This document shows, one piece after another, positions 60,212 through 64,000 of a stretch of DNA of 64,000 nt. The notes beneath the pieces are model-generated. The model had not been told where the DNA came from. It worked only from the letters and a program-made list of their open reading frames with translations, and did not search any database. The translations under genes and the position numbers were made by a program. Each line of letters begins with the position of its first letter. Within the stretch, counting starts at the first letter, position 1. Origin of the DNA: an uncultured Spirochaetales bacterium (GTDB lineage: Bacteria; Spirochaetota; Spirochaetia; CAYLLE01); NCBI GenBank assembly GCA_964618265.1, contig CAZUAE010000010.1:1372-65371 (forward strand), written 5' to 3'.

Positions 60212-60329
60212 AAACAATCGATACTAACGTATCCTTCTGAACAGCTTCAGTTTATGCTTCGAAAAATAATGTACGTTTTATGTAATAAACATTGAACTAA
60301 TCCCTCGGTTTTCCGTCATAGAGGTGTAG

Positions 60330-60887
60330 ATGAAGAGTGATGAAGAACTGCTGGAAGCTATAGCAGAAAAAAATGAAAACGCCTTCGACCTCCTCTATCA
60401 GCGCCATAAAACCGCTGTGTATCGGGCAATCATCCGGATAATACGGAATCCTGATACCGCCCGGGAGCTCTGTACCGAAGCCTTTGTTAAAGTATGGAAC
60501 CGGTGTGATCAGTGGGACAGGCGGGGTCCCGGCGGCGCGTGGATCAGAAGGATTGCCGTTAATACGGCCCTTGACTGGTTTAGGTCGAGGGAAGGAAAAA
60601 TTGAAGCCGCTTCAGTCCGACGGAGGGTAGAGGAGTTTTCCGGCCTTCCGGAAGGCAAAGACGCGGAGCCGGATTATCTGCTTATCAGGCGGGAATTACG
60701 CCGGACGGTGCAGGAAACGGTGCAGCAGCTTCCTGAAAGTAAAAAAGAAATTATATCACTCTTCCTTGAGGAAGATTTGACCACCCAGGAGATGGCTGAA
60801 CGGCTTGGAATTCCCGAAGGCACGGTCAAATCGAGGTTCTATTATGCCAGACTGGATTTAAAGAACCGGCTGGCAGATGAGATTTAA
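60330..60887 (+). CDS. ECF-type sigma-70 family RNA polymerase sigma factor
   Basis: 185 aa. It has region 2 (LLYQRHKTAVYRAIIRI...FVKVWNR...AVNTALDWFRSR) and a region 4.2 HTH (QEMAERLGIPEGTVKSRFYYAR). Confidence 0.8.
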   Translation: MKSDEELLEAIAEKNENAFDLLYQRHKTAVYRAIIRIIRNPDTARELCTEAFVKVWNRCDQWDRRGPGGAWIRRIAVNTALDWFRSREGKIEAASVRRRVEEFSGLPEGKDAEPDYLLIRRELRRTVQETVQQLPESKKEIISLFLEEDLTTQEMAERLGIPEGTVKSRFYYARLDLKNRLADEI

Positions 60888-60896
60888 GGAGGAAAA

Positions 60897-63746
60897 TTGA
60901 TGAATGATTGTTCTTGGCACAGAGAATCGATGATCAGATTTTACAAGGAGTATCTTCAGAAATTAGGCAAAGGATTATTTACGGTTACATGCTCAAATAC
61001 CGGCAGATATACTCTGGATTTGAGAATTGCCTGGGCTAATGAGGAGACCGATTATACCGAGCTCCCCCTTCCTGATGACCGGGGTGTTTTTTCTGTGGAC
61101 GGTAATAACGTTGTAGTTATACCGATTGCCGAAAAGCCCGATTTCGCGGGAGGAACCGTTCTCTGTGCCGGAGAGCAGGTTCGGGATTTTTTCCTGGACC
61201 GGATAGATCCGGAGACAGAATCCGCCGGGCTTCCTGTCGATATTTTATTGCGTGATTTTCTGGACTCCCGGGGACAGATCTGGGACGAAACAAACGTCTG
61301 CACCCGTATAATCCATCCGAGACGGCTCCTCAATCCGGAAGGTTATGAGTTCTTTCCGGAATCCTGGGAAGGTATTTTTTGTCCGGTGGATACGCCTGAA
61401 GGAAAAGAGGGTAAGGTTGTTACCTTGGCATCGGGCGCTTCCATTGTCCGGGGGATGCTGGTGGGAGCCGGAAAAAAACTTGAGGACCGGATCGGTCCGG
61501 TAACATCGTCGATTCCCTTTCTCCTGTTTAACCGTCCACCCAGGATACAGGTGGCCCTATCCCTGATGCGGACCTGCCGTTTTCTGGAAACGGCGGAACC
61601 GGCCTTGGTCCGGACAGGATTCGAACCGGAAGACCCTGACTTCTGGTACGGCAGAAATCTGCTTACCGTTTACTGTTCCATGGGGCCGGAGACTCATGAA
61701 GAGGGAATTGTCCTTCGCCGGGGGGCGGCGGAAGCCCTCGGGTTTCCCGGCGATTCCGCCCTGGGTATAAGGCTCGCTAACCGGCATGGCCAGAAGGGGA
61801 TCGTTTCCGCGGTAAAGACTGATAAAAGCATGCCCGTACTGGAAGACGGAACTCCCGCGGACGCGGCGGTGGACCCGGTAAGCATCCATGCCCGGGGGAA
61901 CATCGGCCAGCTGCTGGAAGCTTCTGTAAGCTGGGAAGCGGAAACGGAAGCCGGTTTTGTAACGGCTGGTCTGGGAGGGCCCCTTCCGGTATTGCCGGAA
62001 AAACACAAGCAGATCCTTCGGATAAATGGAAAAGCCTTAGAGAACCCGAGTATTGCCGGCAGGGTCTATTGGGGTGTGTCGGTGATGGACTCCCGGAACC
62101 GGATGTCAGTTTCCCGGGGTTCCGCGGACTGCATGCTTCAGGGACGGATGGAGAAGGATGTGCTGCTCCGAAAAAAAGCTTACCGTATACTCCGGGAACA
62201 GGCGGGAAAATTAGCGGAACTGCAGAATCGGGAATCTGAATTCTCCCATAGTTTTGAAGAAGTACGGAACCGGCTCGCGGCTTCCGGTATAAAAACGGAA
62301 GGAGACGGACGGAAAGGGCTTGCCTTTACTTGGGATGAACCCGAGGGAGAAGCTGTTCTTGAATTGTCCGTTCCCCGGCCCCATCCATGGTTTCCCAGGA
62401 AGCTGCTAAAAACCGCGGCCCGTCAGGGAGAAGAAAGGCAGCTCTGGAACCGGCTGGTCCGGGAAAATAAAAACACCGGGAAGACAGGCGGGCTTCCCCG
62501 GTCACTTAAAAAAACAGTTCTGTCGGATTTCGACGCGGCGCTGAAGACGTATTTCAGCCGGCTCCTTACGGAGCAGCACATGACTATCCGGGGAAAGGTC
62601 CGGAGATCGGCCCGGGGAATGTTCGCCCCGGATTTTTCGCTTGGATTGGACGAGATCGGACTTCCCTCCGGGATCGCCCTTGATCTTTTCGGAAGGGATG
62701 AACAGGGACGCTGGGTTCTGGACGCCGAAGAACCGGAATCCGGAGGGGAGATCAGCTCTGAAATCAAAAAACTGCTGACCCGTGAAATGGCCGCCGGCCG
62801 GGTCCTCCTGAACCGGGCCCCTACCTTTTCGGATACCGCGCTTACGTCGTTTAAACCGGTCCCGGCAAAGGGACCCGCGGTTACCATCAATCCGATCCTC
62901 TGTGAGTGGTTCAACCTCGATTTCGATGGTGATCAGGGTGCGGTATTTGTAATGGTTTCTGAGGAAACCGTACGGGAGGCGGAAGAGCTTCTGTCGGTTA
63001 AAGCTCACCTTGCTGCTGATTCTGCCCAGGCGGCGAAGCTTGCTCCGGTTCAGGGGGCCATGACGGGGCTCGCTTTCCTTTCCCTCACGGAAGAGGGACG
63101 CGCAAAGATCAGCCGGATTCTGCGGCGGACCATTCCCCCCGGACTTTTAATCCGGGATAATTGCAAGGAGTTCTTGATAGAGTCGGTCAAGACTTTAGAA
63201 TACGGTGACTTTGAGTCTACCGTCCGGGATTTGTGGGAGTCAGGTTTTCACAGGTATATGGAAACAGGATATTCTCTGTATCCCGGGGGAGTACTTGAAC
63301 TCTCGGAGCGGATAGCGCCTTTACCGGACAGCGGCAGCTCACCGGAGGAGAATGAGGCCGTTTCCGGACTTATCCGGTCGCTGGATAAATATGAACAGGA
63401 GGCGTTCGGATTTCAACTGCTCGCGGTTAAAAGCGGAGCCAGGGGATCGGTACATGATCTGTTGGACCTCTGCGCACTTATCAGCGGGGAAAGTTACCGC
63501 GTGTTTTATCTGAAGGCGGCGGAGAATCACCGGCGGATTACAGAAACCATGAGTAACTGGAAAAATAAAATTGTCGCGGGGTTTCCGGATTACCGGGAGT
63601 ATACTCCCGTCGGAGAAGGGGTTATTGCCAGGGCCATGCGGAGTCCGTATCCCGGGGCAGTTTTCGCGGCGGCAGCGGAGACCGGGGAGCTGGATACGCT
63701 GACCGACCGGGATTCCCGGATTTTCGCGGGTTTAGGAGCGGAGTAG
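60897..63746 (+). CDS. single-chain RNA polymerase-like protein with fused beta-like and beta-prime-like catalytic cores (two double-psi beta-barrels)
   Basis: 949 aa, starting 10 nt after the sigma gene with AAGGAGG.
- Beta-like motifs: [12 protein letters not shown] (aa 161-172), [27 protein letters not shown]...[31 protein letters not shown] (aa 295-341).
- Beta-prime-like motifs: [35 protein letters not shown] (aa 564-598), LLNRAPT (637-643), [13 protein letters not shown] (673-685), SGARGS (846-851). Confidence 0.7.
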   Translation: [949 protein letters not shown]

Positions 63747-63936
63747 AATCCTTAGCCGCGGTTCGGAGAAGGATATGGGAAGCCGTGAGAAAAGCTATTG
63801 GACAAAACCGGCTTCCTTCATTTATACTACGTGAAATTTTAAAAGGAGAATAAAAGATATTCAGAACATCCTACAAGGTTCTTTTAGGGATAACTACCGT
63901 TGCGGCTATCTGCGGGATACTCACCCTTATCCCCAT

Positions 63937-64000
63937 GAAGGGCGCCTCATATCCGAATATCCTCGGATATAAATCACTCTGCGCCTTCGTTCCGGCGGGG
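63937..64000 (+). CDS. 5' end of a hypothetical ORF (MKGASYPNILGYKSLCAFVPAG...), truncated by window edge
   Basis: An ATG at 63937 opens a frame that runs to the window end. Confidence 0.25.

Noticed and set aside
60897-60990. Zinc-ribbon (HxxxCxxC / CxxC...CxxC) at the N-terminus of the RNAP-like protein, as in canonical beta-prime
   Set aside because: Only isolated Cys residues are present (C5, C32), with no paired CxxC motifs, so there is no evidence for a beta-prime-type Zn-binding domain.

Overview
This is a 64 kb chromosomal window from a bacterium with roughly 48-50% GC. It is gene-dense and mostly housekeeping or accessory metabolism. The gene content (PPi-dependent phosphofructokinase, several orphan CheY-like receivers, LolCDE-like genes, large lipoproteins, YesMN-type sugar sensing) fits an anaerobic, possibly spirochaete-like organism, but the lineage cannot be fixed from the sequence alone.

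Recognisable genes include:
- Fe-ADH, a PfkB kinase and PPi-PFK; galT-galK; manA; a YaiI/DUF188 protein; a flavodiiron protein.
- prfB, whose classical programmed +1 frameshift the ORF track missed.
- ftsY; lolC/D/E-like genes; a mcsA-mcsB-clpC protein-arginine-kinase/Clp module.
- tex; leuA preceded by a promoter-plus-terminator leader.
- A sugar ABC importer with a YesM/YesN two-component pair.
- tRNA-Pro(GGG).
- A 957-aa lipoprotein with calcium-binding, beta-gamma-crystallin and FG-GAP repeats.
- Two paralogous M20 peptidases and a sulfatase.

Three families of short intergenic repeats (two MITE-like, one terminator-like hairpin) are scattered through the window. Several gene relics are present: a GH51 N-terminal fragment, a decayed pair of ABC exporter genes, and MATE-like and CPBP-like C-terminal fragments.

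The most striking feature is at 60330-63746. An ECF sigma-factor gene is followed 10 nt later by a 949-aa ORF. That ORF carries, in one chain and in the right order, signature motifs of both bacterial RNA polymerase catalytic subunits:
- beta-like: CPxxTPEG, IPFL...R, RHGQKG...EDGTP..D.....R.NIGQ.LE.
- beta-prime-like: GKxxxxxxRxxxxP, LLNRAPT, NxDFDGDQ, SGARGS.
It therefore looks like a miniaturised single-chain two-barrel RNA polymerase homologue paired with its own sigma factor. Gene remnants lie just upstream, which suggests it was acquired.
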